Positions 28,699-39,518 are shown, numbered from the stretch's first letter. The stretch: DNA of 64,000 bases from Candidatus Latescibacterota bacterium (GCA_963667175.2 CAXXXF010000018.1:96001-160000); one strand, 5' to 3'. The notes: generated from the letters alone by a model not told the origin. Made by a program: numbers and translations.

Positions 28699-30870
28699 GT
28701 GAAGATTCAGGTTCGAGGGCGTGTGATCGATGATTCGTCTGTGCGGGGACTGGCCGGGATCTGTGTCTCGAACGGAGAGCGGGTCGTACGGACGAATGAC
28801 GAAGGCGAGTATGAACTCACCGTGGACCCTGGCGCGCACCGGTTCGTATTCGTGACGGTTCCGGACGGCTTCTCGGCAGCGGACGGAACCTACCGGCCCA
28901 CGCTGGATTGGACGAAATCTCGCGTTGATGTGGATTTTCGGCTTTCACCGTCCCCCGGACGTTCCGAGAGTTCGTTCACGCTCGTGCAGATTACCGATAC
29001 GCACATCGTCACCGAAGGAGACACACTCACCTCAGGGCCCGTGCTTTCTGAAGCCCTGCAGCAACTCGAACGCGAGGCAGGACCCGATCTGATCATCGCC
29101 AGCGGAGACCTGACGGATTGGGGGACTTTAGACCAACTGACCGCATATCGAGAGGCGGTGGCCTCGATATCCACACCGGTCTTTCCGCTGTTCGGCGGGC
29201 ACGATGGGAATAAAGAGCGCATGGGCGGAATTTCGATTGAGGAATTCCTGCAGATGAAGGCAGTGCCGAACAACCCCAGGCTGAATGAACTCGTGCGGGA
29301 ACACGAGGGAAACGCGTCGACCCTGCATTTCGAAGCGGTGCTCGGACCAACGTATTACAGCCTGGATTGGGGCGGGCGCCACTTCGTGTTCTGGCCCAAT
29401 GAAGATTCATATTACTCGCCGGCGGGCCTGGAGCGGAAGGAAGGGTGGCTGTGGGCGGACCTGGCGCTGCAGCCGGAGGACCGCGAAATCGTGGTCGTCG
29501 TCCATACGCCGCCCCCCGCTGCGTTTCTGCAGGCGCTGAGCCGGTACAACGTTCGCCTCGTCCTGCACGGCCATTGGCACTCCAGCAAGGTCTATTCGTA
29601 CGGCGATATGGTTGTTGCCGCCGCCCCGCCGGTCTGTTTCGGGGGAATCGATACCTCGCCGCGGGGCTACCGCCAGGTACGGTTCAGCGGGAAGGACGCG
29701 GTCCTGGACGCCGGCGTACTCCGCTCCGCGGGGGTGTCGCGCAATCCCCGCGAGGAGTCCCCGCGAGAGATCGGATTCGACGGCGCGCCGTTGCGTCTCC
29801 GATGGGAGCACCGGCTTTCCGGTGGGCTGCACCGCGCGGCGCCCACGTCGTCCGGAGGACGCGTGTTTCTGACTTCGCGTGACGAAGGTTGGCCGGGACG
29901 CCCGGAAATATGCTGCGTGGATGCGGAGAGCGGGGACACGCTCTGGCATGCCAGGATGGATACAGCGGTAAAGAACAGCGTGGCAGCCTCCGGCAACGTG
30001 TGCGCGGCGGTGTCGGTGGCCGGTCGCGTCCACGCGCTCGAGGCGGCTTCGGGCAGGCCTCTCTGGGAGGCGGACCTGCCGGGCTATCCGGAACGCTGGA
30101 TCTATTCCTCTCCGGTAATGGCGGACGGGACCGTGTACGCGGGCGCCAAGGCGGACTACGCGGCCTTCGATCTGAAGTCGGGTCGCCGCCGATGGCACAC
30201 GGGGAATGACGTCAGTGACAATTGGGCCTGTTACGCCAGCCCGCTGGTTTCCGGAGATCTGCTTATCCTCATGGTGCAGCGGACGGGCTTCAGGGCGCTG
30301 GACCGCAAGACGGGGAACGTCGTCTGGGAATGCCCGGCAGGAGTTGAATTTCCCTATGCAAGGCCGGTCTTGTCGGGCGACCTGCTTCTGAGCGGCGGCG
30401 ACTCGTCCGACCTCCACCATTTCTCCGAAGAGGCGTCATTCCTCATCGCGGTCGAGACGAACTCGGGCAGGGTCGCCTGGAAGAGACCGGCGCTGCCCTC
30501 CAGGTATCCGTCGGGATTGCTCGTGTGCGACGACCGGATCTGCGCGACCACGCCCGAGGGCGAGGCCCTTTGTTTCGGTCTGGCTGACGGTGCGTTGCGC
30601 TGGCGTTTCCGGACCGGTGACGACCTCCTTGACATGGTTCCCTATCGCCGGGGGGTACGGTCCATCCTCGCGGCGCCCGTTATGTTTGAAGGTTGCCTTA
30701 TCGTCTGCGGGTGCGACGGGTTTCTGTACGTGCTGGATCCCTCTTCGGGCCGATGCCTGGGCAACGTTGCCTTCGGCTCCCCGATCACAGCGCCGCCCTG
30801 CACGGTGGAGGGCGGGCTGGTTGTGGGGACATTCGACGGGCGGGTCTTCTGCTATGGCAGGAACGGGTAA
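28699..30870 (+). CDS. metallophosphoesterase with N-terminal accessory domain and C-terminal PQQ-like beta-propeller
   Basis: VSNG..VVRT..GEY N-terminus; TDTH, SGDL, GGHD, GHWH; repeated ALD..SG..LW blades. Confidence 0.8.
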   Translation: MKIQVRGRVIDDSSVRGLAGICVSNGERVVRTNDEGEYELTVDPGAHRFVFVTVPDGFSAADGTYRPTLDWTKSRVDVDFRLSPSPGRSESSFTLVQITDTHIVTEGDTLTSGPVLSEALQQLEREAGPDLIIASGDLTDWGTLDQLTAYREAVASISTPVFPLFGGHDGNKERMGGISIEEFLQMKAVPNNPRLNELVREHEGNASTLHFEAVLGPTYYSLDWGGRHFVFWPNEDSYYSPAGLERKEGWLWADLALQPEDREIVVVVHTPPPAAFLQALSRYNVRLVLHGHWHSSKVYSYGDMVVAAAPPVCFGGIDTSPRGYRQVRFSGKDAVLDAGVLRSAGVSRNPREESPREIGFDGAPLRLRWEHRLSGGLHRAAPTSSGGRVFLTSRDEGWPGRPEICCVDAESGDTLWHARMDTAVKNSVAASGNVCAAVSVAGRVHALEAASGRPLWEADLPGYPERWIYSSPVMADGTVYAGAKADYAAFDLKSGRRRWHTGNDVSDNWACYASPLVSGDLLILMVQRTGFRALDRKTGNVVWECPAGVEFPYARPVLSGDLLLSGGDSSDLHHFSEEASFLIAVETNSGRVAWKRPALPSRYPSGLLVCDDRICATTPEGEALCFGLADGALRWRFRTGDDLLDMVPYRRGVRSILAAPVMFEGCLIVCGCDGFLYVLDPSSGRCLGNVAFGSPITAPPCTVEGGLVVGTFDGRVFCYGRNG

Positions 30871-30903
30871 TCGGTATGGATATCTCAACTCGAGTGCAAG
30901 ATC

Positions 30904-32337
30904 GTGGGTAAACCGGTTCTTTACGCCGGCGCCGCCCAACGGGTGATCACGCCGCCGGTTGGCGTGTCGATGTCCGGGTGGAACCCGAGGGCGGCCGGGA
31001 ATATCATGTCGCGTTACGTGCGCGACGATCTCTACGCGAAAGCGCTGGTTCTTCGCAAAGGGAATCGGGCCTGGGCCCTGGTCGCCGTGGATCTTACCGG
31101 CGTGGACGCGGTTGCGACGGAGGAGATCCGTCACGGCGCGGCCGAGCGGACCGGGCTGGCGCCCGGGGCGATCATGGTCTGCGCGACGCACACGCACTCC
31201 GGGCCGGCGTTCTGCCCGGTGGCCACCGCGTACAGCCCAGAAGATATGGCCCGTCTTACAATACGCGGCGACGGATCGGCGCCAGCCGCCATGGGCGAGG
31301 TCACCTCGGTCTCGTCCTCGGCCAGTTGGGTGGGCGAGACGGACCTGGCGTGGAAGGCCTGGTTTGTCGCGCAGGCGGTGGACGCGGTGGAGGAGGCGCG
31401 CGGTACGTTGCGGGCAGCTTCGGCGGGTTTCGGGGAGGCTCGGATCGACGGCGTGGCCAGTTCCAGGCGCGTGCGGATGTCCGACGGGAGCTGGGGGGAC
31501 CCGAGACGGGACACCATTGAAGGCGTCCGCGTGGTTTCGCGCACGAATATCGATCCCCTGGTTCGCGTATTCGCAGTTCGCGAGCGGGGGACGAATGCGC
31601 CGCTGGCGGCGGTGATCAACTATGGTACCCACCCCTGGATATTCTGTGGATCGGGCATTTCCGCCGAGATCGCAGGCGCGGCGGCCGGCCAGGTGGCGGA
31701 CGCGTGGGCGGGCAGCGGGGGAGAGCCGCCGGCCGTTCTCTACACGACCGGCCCCGAGGGCGACGTCACCACAATCTGGAACGTCGACGTCGAAACGGTC
31801 TGGAAGACGCGGCCGGATGAGGATTCCGAGGCGAGCCTCGCAAGACGGGAGCGGGGATTCGAACGGGAACTGGCGCGCCTGGGCGGGCGGGTGGCGGATG
31901 GGTCGATGACGGCGATCCGTGGAATAACGGGCTGGGACGAGACTCCGGAAGTATGGGCCCGCCGGCGGGAAGTGGCGCTGCCGCTGAAGAACGGTTACCG
32001 CCACGTGGACGACGTCCTCGTGGCGGGCTGGCAGCGTGCCGCGCCCGAATCCCATCACCTTACGGAAGTCCAGGCGCTGGGCGCGGGCGAATGGGCCTTT
32101 CTGGGGCTCCCGGGAGAACCGTTTGTGTCTCTTGGGACGGATATCCGCGCCAGGTCCGGATCCGGCACGCTGACGATTGCCGCGCTGGCGAACGAGTTCG
32201 GGGCGATCAGCTATATCGCCGACGGGAAGTCCTACGCCCAGGGAGGCTACGAAACCGCGTTCACGCCCGTGGGCCCCGGCGGCGGCGAAGCGCTGGTGGA
32301 CGGCGCTGTCGCGCTGCTGGCCGCTGGTGAACAATGA
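30904..32337 (+). CDS. neutral/alkaline ceramidase-like amidohydrolase
   Basis: ITPP.G..MSG, DDLYAKAL, ATHTHSGP, NYGTHP, LPGEPF, GGYE. Confidence 0.7.
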   Translation: MGKPVLYAGAAQRVITPPVGVSMSGWNPRAAGNIMSRYVRDDLYAKALVLRKGNRAWALVAVDLTGVDAVATEEIRHGAAERTGLAPGAIMVCATHTHSGPAFCPVATAYSPEDMARLTIRGDGSAPAAMGEVTSVSSSASWVGETDLAWKAWFVAQAVDAVEEARGTLRAASAGFGEARIDGVASSRRVRMSDGSWGDPRRDTIEGVRVVSRTNIDPLVRVFAVRERGTNAPLAAVINYGTHPWIFCGSGISAEIAGAAAGQVADAWAGSGGEPPAVLYTTGPEGDVTTIWNVDVETVWKTRPDEDSEASLARRERGFERELARLGGRVADGSMTAIRGITGWDETPEVWARRREVALPLKNGYRHVDDVLVAGWQRAAPESHHLTEVQALGAGEWAFLGLPGEPFVSLGTDIRARSGSGTLTIAALANEFGAISYIADGKSYAQGGYETAFTPVGPGGGEALVDGAVALLAAGEQ

Positions 32338-32688
32338 ATCAATCACCGCGAGGCGGTGCGACCGCGTACATCACGACCCGCGGCCGTGTTTCTCAGCCAT
32401 ACGCCGCGCTCGGGGACCGCTCCGTACTGTCCCCTCCACCGCATCAGCCGTTGACTGCCCTTGAACGATAAAAATTCAGAAATAACCCTTGACAATACCT
32501 TAACAGCGATACTTAGTTAGGGATCATCAATTCGGAAGTCGTCCCAATGGGACAATGAACGCGATGGATCGTCGCACCTGAGGTACAGGAATGCGGTTGC
32601 CGGACGATCAGGCGCAATTCCACACGATTCCCGTCCTGGCTCCGAATCGTCGTATCTGAACTGTTCATGCGCATGGAGGATACGGATT

Positions 32689-35600
32689 ATGTATAGACTG
32701 ACGACCGATCTGACCGTTGCGTTCGTGCTTGTTGCGTTTCTGGCAATGGCCGGCGCGGCATTGGCCGGTACGACGGGTAAGATCGTCGGGCAGGTGACCG
32801 ACGAGAGCGGCGAAGCGCTGCCGGGGGCCAGCGTGGTTCTCGAAGGAACGCGGCTTGGCGCTTCCACGGATGCCGAGGGGTTCTACGTGATCATCTCCGT
32901 CGATCCTGACGTATACAAGATGACGGCATCCATGGTCGGCTACCATCCGGTGACCCAGGAACAGATCCAGGTGCGGTCCGACTTCACCACGACGGTGAAC
33001 TTCCAGCTTCGCGAGACGGAGCTGGAACTGGAGGAAATGGTCGTGGTTGCCGAGGCGCCTCCGGTGGAGCCCGATAAAACGGAGAGCCGGTACGTGGTGA
33101 CCGCCCAGGATATCGCGCGGACGCCGATCCTCAGAGACGCCTCGGAGTTCGTCGCCCTGGAAGCGGGCGTGGCGGTGGACGGCAGCGGGGTGATCCGCGG
33201 CGGGCAGGTGGAAGACAATCTGATCTACGTGGACGGCGTACGCCTGCAGAACCAGGACGGACGCGCGGGTCCCACTTCGCGGGGGAGCCAGTGGTGGGGC
33301 GCCAACGTGAAGGCGCTGCAGGAGGTTTCCGTGATTACGGGCGGGATGAACGCCGAATACGGGAACGCGCAGGCCGGGGTGATCCAGATGGTCACGCGGG
33401 ACGGCGGATCCAACTATCACGGCGAGGCCGAGTATCGGCTGACGCCCGGCGGCAAGAAGCACTGGGGCGCCAACGTCTACGATGCGCCCGAACACCGCGG
33501 GCACATGCGATGGAACGATCCCGCGTGGACGTCGGAGGTGGATCCGGAGACCGGCGCGCTGGTGCACCAGCGAACGAACTACACGGACCAGCGGGGTCAT
33601 TATTTCGACGCCTATCTCGGCGGACCGCTCCTGCCTGGAACGTCTTTCTTCGTGAGTTCGCGGAACCGGCGGGATGCCGCCAGGTTTCCGGGCGCGTGGT
33701 CCGTGCGGCCGTTCAATACCCGGAACACGGCGAAGATGACCGTCCGGGCGCACGACAACGTCAAGATGCAACTCGGCTGGCTCTACGACCGCTGGAAGTC
33801 CTTCAATAACGGAGCGCTGGGCGGCACAACCCCTTCCGTCAGCAATGTTCTTCGGGGGCCGGGGCGCGATATTTTCCTGCCCGAAGGGTCGCCCGCGGGG
33901 GAGACGATCAATACCGAAAGCGTCCTCTACGGCGTGATCACGCACACCATCAGCCCGAGGACCTTCTACGAATTGAGGCTCTCGCGGTACCGGAGCATCC
34001 AGGATACCAGCGGCGTTTCAAATACGACGGCGGACGTCGGGACCGACTCGGACGGCTGGTTCTACACGGGACGGGGAAGCGTGCGCGCGTATACGTTCGG
34101 GCAGCAGACCCGGAGCGCAATCAAGTTCGACCTGTCCAGCCAGCTTACGAAAACGCACTTTTCCAAAATCGGGATTGAATTCACGGGCTACAGCAATCAT
34201 TTCGTTCGCGAAGGCAACACGCCCGGGGACGCGCGGAAACAGATCCTGTATGTCGGCAATCCGGAGCCCGGACAGCCGATCACGCCGAAGCAGTTCGCGG
34301 CCTACGTACAGGACAAGATGGAATTCGAGGGCTTCATTGTGAACGCCGGCATTCGCTACGACCGTTTCTGGGGCGCCGACGTTCCGGTGATGGGCGCGTT
34401 GCGGGCGTTCCAGTACACAACGATGTCACGGTATCTCACGGCGCCCAGGTACCCGATGAAGCCCATTGTCAACTGGAGTCCGCGGCTGGGTATCTCCCAC
34501 CCGATCACGTACCGCTCGAGTCTCCACTTCTTCTACGGGCATTTCTATCAGTTGCCGAGTTTCTACCAGATGTTCCACGACCAGTGGTTCGGTTCGGGAG
34601 ACGGAATACCGGGCATCGGTTTCAGTGAATACACCAGCCACTACCGTCCGGCGCCCACGTCCGTCTCGAGGCCGATCTGGGACAATACGGCGCGAACGAT
34701 CAGCTTCGAACTGGGCGCGGACTGGAACTTCGTATCCGACTATACGCTCGCGCTGGCGACGTTCTACAAGAGTGCCTCCTTCCAGGAAACCGGAGGTTGG
34801 GACGTTTTCCTCTATCCTGAGTTGCGCGGCGCGGGAGTCCGCCTCCGTCAGCGTCTCTCCAGCACCCTGTCAAACATCCGCCTGGAAGACACACGTGGCC
34901 TGGAATTCAGCCTGAGGAAGGGCTTCAGCCACTACTTCTCGTTCCGCGCCGCCCTCAACGTGGCCTGGAGCGATTACAGTCTCGGCGGCGGCGGTACCGT
35001 CAGCAACGGCGCCACCGTGATCCCCGACTCGAACTATATCGCCAGCGGCAATTATTTCTTCGCCTGGGAGGTCGCGGGCGGGTCGGAACGTCCCGTAACC
35101 CTTAGCGATGAACAAATCCGGATCATCGGTCACGGCGCCAACGAAGCCATCAGAAACGCCCAGGCGGACCGTCGGGTCGCCGGGGGGTACGTCTACGACT
35201 TTTCAACCAACAGGGACGCCATCGTCCCCACCTGGGAGGAAGACTGGCTTTCGGACGAGGCCCGGGAGGGCGCCCGCGGCCTGTGGATCGTTCACGGACA
35301 CAGGGCGAATGAGGGTACGGACGTGGGTCGGAGAAGCCAGGGCAGCCTCCAGATGTTCCTGTCCACGCCGCAGGATTTCGGCGCCGGGCCGAAGATCGGC
35401 GGCAGCACGCTTCTGGGTGGCGTCAATGCCAACCTGATCTACCGGATCTATACCGGATCGCAGTTCACCTATCTGGTCCTCGACGGGACGCGCCAGATTG
35501 CGAGAGGTCCATTGCGTACCGTCATGGATCTGAACGTGCAGAAACGCTTCGAACTGGGCAGAGCCAGCGCCGACGTCTTCCTGGAGGTCTTCAATCTGTT

Positions 35601-35766
35601 CAACCAGCGGGACGCGCTGGCTTCAGGAACCGACTATATGTGGTGGGGGTTGCAGAGGCCCCGTCCGAACGACGCGAACTATCTCCAATTCGGCGACTTC
35701 CAGGACCGCAGCCGGTACGTGGGTGATCCCCGTATCACACACGTGGGCATTCGTATGCGGTTCTGA
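32689..35766 (+). CDS. TonB-dependent receptor with N-terminal CarboxypepD_reg-like domain
   Basis: signal peptide; GKIVGQVTD..GEALPGASV; plug IRGG...YVDG, TGGMNAEYGNAQAGVI; YVQDKMEF, SPRLGISHPIT; terminal Phe. Confidence 0.9.
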   Translation: MYRLTTDLTVAFVLVAFLAMAGAALAGTTGKIVGQVTDESGEALPGASVVLEGTRLGASTDAEGFYVIISVDPDVYKMTASMVGYHPVTQEQIQVRSDFTTTVNFQLRETELELEEMVVVAEAPPVEPDKTESRYVVTAQDIARTPILRDASEFVALEAGVAVDGSGVIRGGQVEDNLIYVDGVRLQNQDGRAGPTSRGSQWWGANVKALQEVSVITGGMNAEYGNAQAGVIQMVTRDGGSNYHGEAEYRLTPGGKKHWGANVYDAPEHRGHMRWNDPAWTSEVDPETGALVHQRTNYTDQRGHYFDAYLGGPLLPGTSFFVSSRNRRDAARFPGAWSVRPFNTRNTAKMTVRAHDNVKMQLGWLYDRWKSFNNGALGGTTPSVSNVLRGPGRDIFLPEGSPAGETINTESVLYGVITHTISPRTFYELRLSRYRSIQDTSGVSNTTADVGTDSDGWFYTGRGSVRAYTFGQQTRSAIKFDLSSQLTKTHFSKIGIEFTGYSNHFVREGNTPGDARKQILYVGNPEPGQPITPKQFAAYVQDKMEFEGFIVNAGIRYDRFWGADVPVMGALRAFQYTTMSRYLTAPRYPMKPIVNWSPRLGISHPITYRSSLHFFYGHFYQLPSFYQMFHDQWFGSGDGIPGIGFSEYTSHYRPAPTSVSRPIWDNTARTISFELGADWNFVSDYTLALATFYKSASFQETGGWDVFLYPELRGAGVRLRQRLSSTLSNIRLEDTRGLEFSLRKGFSHYFSFRAALNVAWSDYSLGGGGTVSNGATVIPDSNYIASGNYFFAWEVAGGSERPVTLSDEQIRIIGHGANEAIRNAQADRRVAGGYVYDFSTNRDAIVPTWEEDWLSDEAREGARGLWIVHGHRANEGTDVGRRSQGSLQMFLSTPQDFGAGPKIGGSTLLGGVNANLIYRIYTGSQFTYLVLDGTRQIARGPLRTVMDLNVQKRFELGRASADVFLEVFNLFNQRDALASGTDYMWWGLQRPRPNDANYLQFGDFQDRSRYVGDPRITHVGIRMRF

Positions 35767-35825
35767 CGCGGCCGGGCATGGCGTATACCGGAATCATGGA
35801 TGCCGACACGAAGGAGACCTTCGAC

Positions 35826-38132
35826 ATGAGCAAGATTTCCAGGATCGAGGCGATGGCAGTGCTCGTTGCGTTGCTTTTGTGCGTGCCTGACCCCGCGGCG
35901 GCGCAGGAGAATCACAGGTTCCAGACCCGCGCGAAGGTGTGGGATATGTTCTGGAACTACGGGACTCAGGGTGTTTCCGAAGACCCGGACGCCTGGTTGA
36001 GCTATTACCGCCAGATGGGCATGCAATATCCCGGCGTATGGACGCGCCAGTATTCCACGGAATTCCAGGACTACTGGGGAGAGCGGAGCTGGGGCTCCCT
36101 TCATCCTGCCTACGCGGCTCTGTTCGAGTCGACGGCCACGATGCCCGGTTTCAGCACGTTTATCGCAACCCGCGTGCCGGACGACCCGGAGGGCGAATAC
36201 TACGTGTCGATATCGAAGCCCCGCGCCATTACGGACGACGTCAGGATGATGTCCTACGATGCGTCCATGGGGCCGGAGGCGAATATCGGGTACCCGAACT
36301 ATTCTCCCGTAGGACCCGCGATGGCCAACTGGTGGCCGGGCGAGTCGCCTGTAGAAAGCCGGTACGTCACCGAGATTCACAACTACAGGTACGGCCACTA
36401 TATGGATCCCGATAAGGATAATTTCCCCGAGAGCCTTCTCATCATGCGCTGGACCACGAAGCGGGGGATCACGGTAACCAAGAAGGTCTATACCTGGAGT
36501 TATCCCGACTACGACGACTTCCAGATTATGGAGTACGAATTCGAGAATACCGGTGACTCGGACGGGGACGGCGCGGCGGACCTGAACGGGGGCGCCGGGC
36601 TGCGGCTGAACGACACCTTTTTCGCCTTCTCGGTCCGCTTCTTCATCTCGCAGGCCGGACACGGATGGATGAACTACGATGCATGGTATCGGCGAACCCG
36701 GCCCACGGACAACGACGACTGGTTCAAGTTCACCGAGGCGGCCAATTACGACGGGCCCGCCGCGGGATTGGGCATGAAAATGTGGTACGCCTATGACGGG
36801 GACAACCCGCTCATGCCGGGAGACGACATCGGCAAGCCGTACAACCCGTCCTCGGCGAACCCGGGATACGCGGGGCGGCCCTCGCAGGTGCGGGCGCCGG
36901 GAGAGTTGACGGCATTTCAGTATACAGGATTCGCGCCCATCGCGTACCTGCCGTCATCCTCGAACGATCCGGGCACGTTTTCCTACGATACGAAGGGAGA
37001 CGACAGCTACGTCGCCCCCAGGATCGAAGACCAGCCCCATACGGTAAGGTGGTGGGAATACCGGAACCGGGGCGATTTCGACGAGCCGGACCAGGACAAC
37101 CATTCTTTCCAGGAAATCTATGACCTGTTGATCGGCGCCGAGTCCGATATCAAGGACAATCCCCCCGTGGTCGGGGCCTGGCACGGGTCGATCGCGTACG
37201 GTCCTTACCACATGGCGCCGGGGGACAAGGCCAAATTCGTCTTCGTCCTGGCGGCGGCCGCGCCCGTGGAAGAGAATATCTGGGGCTGGGCCAAGCAGGG
37301 CAAGCAGGCTGAGATGCGTACGGACAAAGCGTTCAACAACCTGGTCAAGCACGTCAACAAGGCCAAAGAGGCGTTTCAGTGGCACTACGACCTTCCCGAC
37401 GCGCCGCCCGACGTGAAGGTGGACGTGGGCGTGACGACGGAAGGTTTCATATCTCTGGCCTGGGACGACGTGGCCGACGACGCGGCGAACCCCGACTACT
37501 CGGGCGCGGAGGCCAACGACGTGCTGGGCTACCGGGTCTACCGGTCTCTCTTCAAGCGCGACGACTGGGAACTGATGGTGGAGATCCCGGTGAAGTCGGA
37601 CATATTCTATAGTGGCGGCACGTACGAATTTGTCGACAAGAAATCGATCGCGGGATTCCTTTACGATTACAGTGTCCGCACCTACAGCGATGCGCACAAC
37701 GACTGGAACGGCACGGGCATCGCCATTCCGTCCCTGGAGAGCGGCAACAGCTCGCCGGAGCAGTGGGTGAACGGCGTCAAGGTCTCTACGCCCTATGTTC
37801 CGTCCACGGCGCAGTCCGATCAACTGGACAGAAAGGTGATCGTGACCCCGAATCCATACCGGGATGACGGCGCCCACGCGTATGAGAACAAGGGTCAGAT
37901 CCGCTTTCTGAACATACCGCGGAAGTGCCAGATCCGGATCTACACGGTCGCGGGGGACCTGATCGCGGAGGTCAATCACGACGACCAGGGGCGGGGCGAG
38001 ACCACGTGGAGCCAGACGACCATCGACAACGTGGGTTCGGCTTCGGCCGGCGTGTACTTTTACGTGGTTGAGTCGTTGGTGGACGGGACGTCCGGAAGAA
38101 CCCAACGTGGAATATTCGTGATCAGCAAATGA
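35826..38132 (+). CDS. large secreted protein with Fn3-like module and T9SS-type C-terminal sorting domain
   Basis: signal peptide; PDAPP...LAWD...GYRVYRS; VTPNPY..IRFLNIP..CQIRIYTVAGDLI...AGVYFYVVES; AAGGAG RBS. Confidence 0.8.
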   Translation: MSKISRIEAMAVLVALLLCVPDPAAAQENHRFQTRAKVWDMFWNYGTQGVSEDPDAWLSYYRQMGMQYPGVWTRQYSTEFQDYWGERSWGSLHPAYAALFESTATMPGFSTFIATRVPDDPEGEYYVSISKPRAITDDVRMMSYDASMGPEANIGYPNYSPVGPAMANWWPGESPVESRYVTEIHNYRYGHYMDPDKDNFPESLLIMRWTTKRGITVTKKVYTWSYPDYDDFQIMEYEFENTGDSDGDGAADLNGGAGLRLNDTFFAFSVRFFISQAGHGWMNYDAWYRRTRPTDNDDWFKFTEAANYDGPAAGLGMKMWYAYDGDNPLMPGDDIGKPYNPSSANPGYAGRPSQVRAPGELTAFQYTGFAPIAYLPSSSNDPGTFSYDTKGDDSYVAPRIEDQPHTVRWWEYRNRGDFDEPDQDNHSFQEIYDLLIGAESDIKDNPPVVGAWHGSIAYGPYHMAPGDKAKFVFVLAAAAPVEENIWGWAKQGKQAEMRTDKAFNNLVKHVNKAKEAFQWHYDLPDAPPDVKVDVGVTTEGFISLAWDDVADDAANPDYSGAEANDVLGYRVYRSLFKRDDWELMVEIPVKSDIFYSGGTYEFVDKKSIAGFLYDYSVRTYSDAHNDWNGTGIAIPSLESGNSSPEQWVNGVKVSTPYVPSTAQSDQLDRKVIVTPNPYRDDGAHAYENKGQIRFLNIPRKCQIRIYTVAGDLIAEVNHDDQGRGETTWSQTTIDNVGSASAGVYFYVVESLVDGTSGRTQRGIFVISK

Positions 38133-38214
38133 GACGGCCGAATTGCCGAGCCAGCGAAATCCCGGTTCGCCTTCTCGTGGAACCGCTCAATCGAAACGGA
38201 GAAGGAACAAACCT

Positions 38215-39168
38215 ATGAAACGGATCTTGTGGATTGGAATCGTGGCGAGCGCAGGATACGCGATGCTGTTTCCCGAGGTCGCCCGTTGCGACACGCAGAA
38301 GCGCCTCGGCCAGGCGGTGTTCTCCGTGCACAAGGTGGACCATGGGGCGCGTGTCGCGGGCATGGGCGGGGCGTTTACGGCGATCGCGGACGACATCAGT
38401 ACCATATTCGTGAACCCGGCCGGACTCACCTACGTCGAAGAGATGGAGTATACCCTTTCGTACACCCGCTGGCTCGTCGATACCCGATTCTATTCGGGCG
38501 CGCTCGCCTACAATACGGCCCGCGGCGTGGTCGGGTTGTCCGTCATGGCATTTTCGGTGCCGGACGTGGAAGAGACAACCATTTACCAGCCCATCGGGAC
38601 CGGAAGGATGCTGGAGATCGGCGATTTCAGCATTGGCGGTTCCTATGCGACGAAGTTGACAGACAAGCTCTCGTTCGGATTTCAGGTACGGTGGACCCAG
38701 GAAACCATCGACGTGGACAAGTTGACCGGCGTGGACTTCAATTTCGGCACGACGTTCAATACGGGTTTCAGAAGCCTCCGGCTGGGGATGGCGTTCAAGA
38801 ACCTGGGCAAAGACATCGAGTCCAGGGAACTCAACTACCAGATGCCGGTTGCGTTCGACTTCGGTTTCGCGGCGGAAGTCTTCGGTGAAAAGGGCCGCGA
38901 CCCCACGTACCTGACGGTGACCGGCGAGAGTCACTACGCAACGGACTACTCCGAGCCGCGATATCGCATTGGCGGCGAACTCTGGCTGCAGAACGCATTC
39001 GCGTTGCGCGGCGGCGTCAGGCCCGGGTACGATACGGAGGTGTACAGCCTGGGTCTGGGATTGAAGGTCAAGCCGGTCGAGGGCAAGGTGGTACGCGTGG
39101 ATTTCGCGTACAGCGACGGCAACGACTTCGAACCGCCGCTTCGCTTCAGCCTGAGCGGATCGTTCTGA
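38215..39168 (+). CDS. PorV/PorQ-family (UPF0164) outer-membrane beta-barrel
   Basis: GARVAGMGGAFTAIADD..IFVNPAGL motif, amphipathic strands, terminal Phe. Confidence 0.85.
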   Translation: MKRILWIGIVASAGYAMLFPEVARCDTQKRLGQAVFSVHKVDHGARVAGMGGAFTAIADDISTIFVNPAGLTYVEEMEYTLSYTRWLVDTRFYSGALAYNTARGVVGLSVMAFSVPDVEETTIYQPIGTGRMLEIGDFSIGGSYATKLTDKLSFGFQVRWTQETIDVDKLTGVDFNFGTTFNTGFRSLRLGMAFKNLGKDIESRELNYQMPVAFDFGFAAEVFGEKGRDPTYLTVTGESHYATDYSEPRYRIGGELWLQNAFALRGGVRPGYDTEVYSLGLGLKVKPVEGKVVRVDFAYSDGNDFEPPLRFSLSGSF

Positions 39169-39224
39169 CGGGCGCCGGTTCGGCGTATGCCTCGCAGGTT
39201 CCTAAAAACGGGAGGAAAATCGCT

Positions 39225-39314
39225 ATGATGAACGCTCGAACGCTGTTCACACCAGGATCCATTGTTCCTGCTGCCGGTCTGCTCGTCAGCGATATCGGGT
39301 TGATGCTGCTTTGA
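39225..39314 (+). pseudogene. 5' remnant of a fourth Cache-CTD paralogue
   Basis: GGGAGG RBS plus MMNARTLFTPGSIVPAAGLLV, matching paralogue N-termini MLKARTLLTPSGMIPVAGLLV and MMKVRMLFT; stop after 29 codons. Confidence 0.7.
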
Positions 39315-39518
39315 GAGGTGGCGTCCGGGGCGTCGAATTTGAGAATGGAGACGCCAAAGCCGCCGCTTAGTCCTTCCGGATGCGCTCCCCGCCATCCACA
39401 ACGTCTGGCAATATCTCTATTTTCCCTTCTCCGGAACACTTCCTGCTTCCCAAAACATCGTTCCGTTTCATGCTCCATGAATTCGTCTGGCTAAGTCGTA
39501 CGAACGCCAACGTCGTCG

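Noticed and set aside
32489-32520. TTGACA promoter for the TBDR
   Set aside because: No convincing -10 element at 16-18 bp spacing
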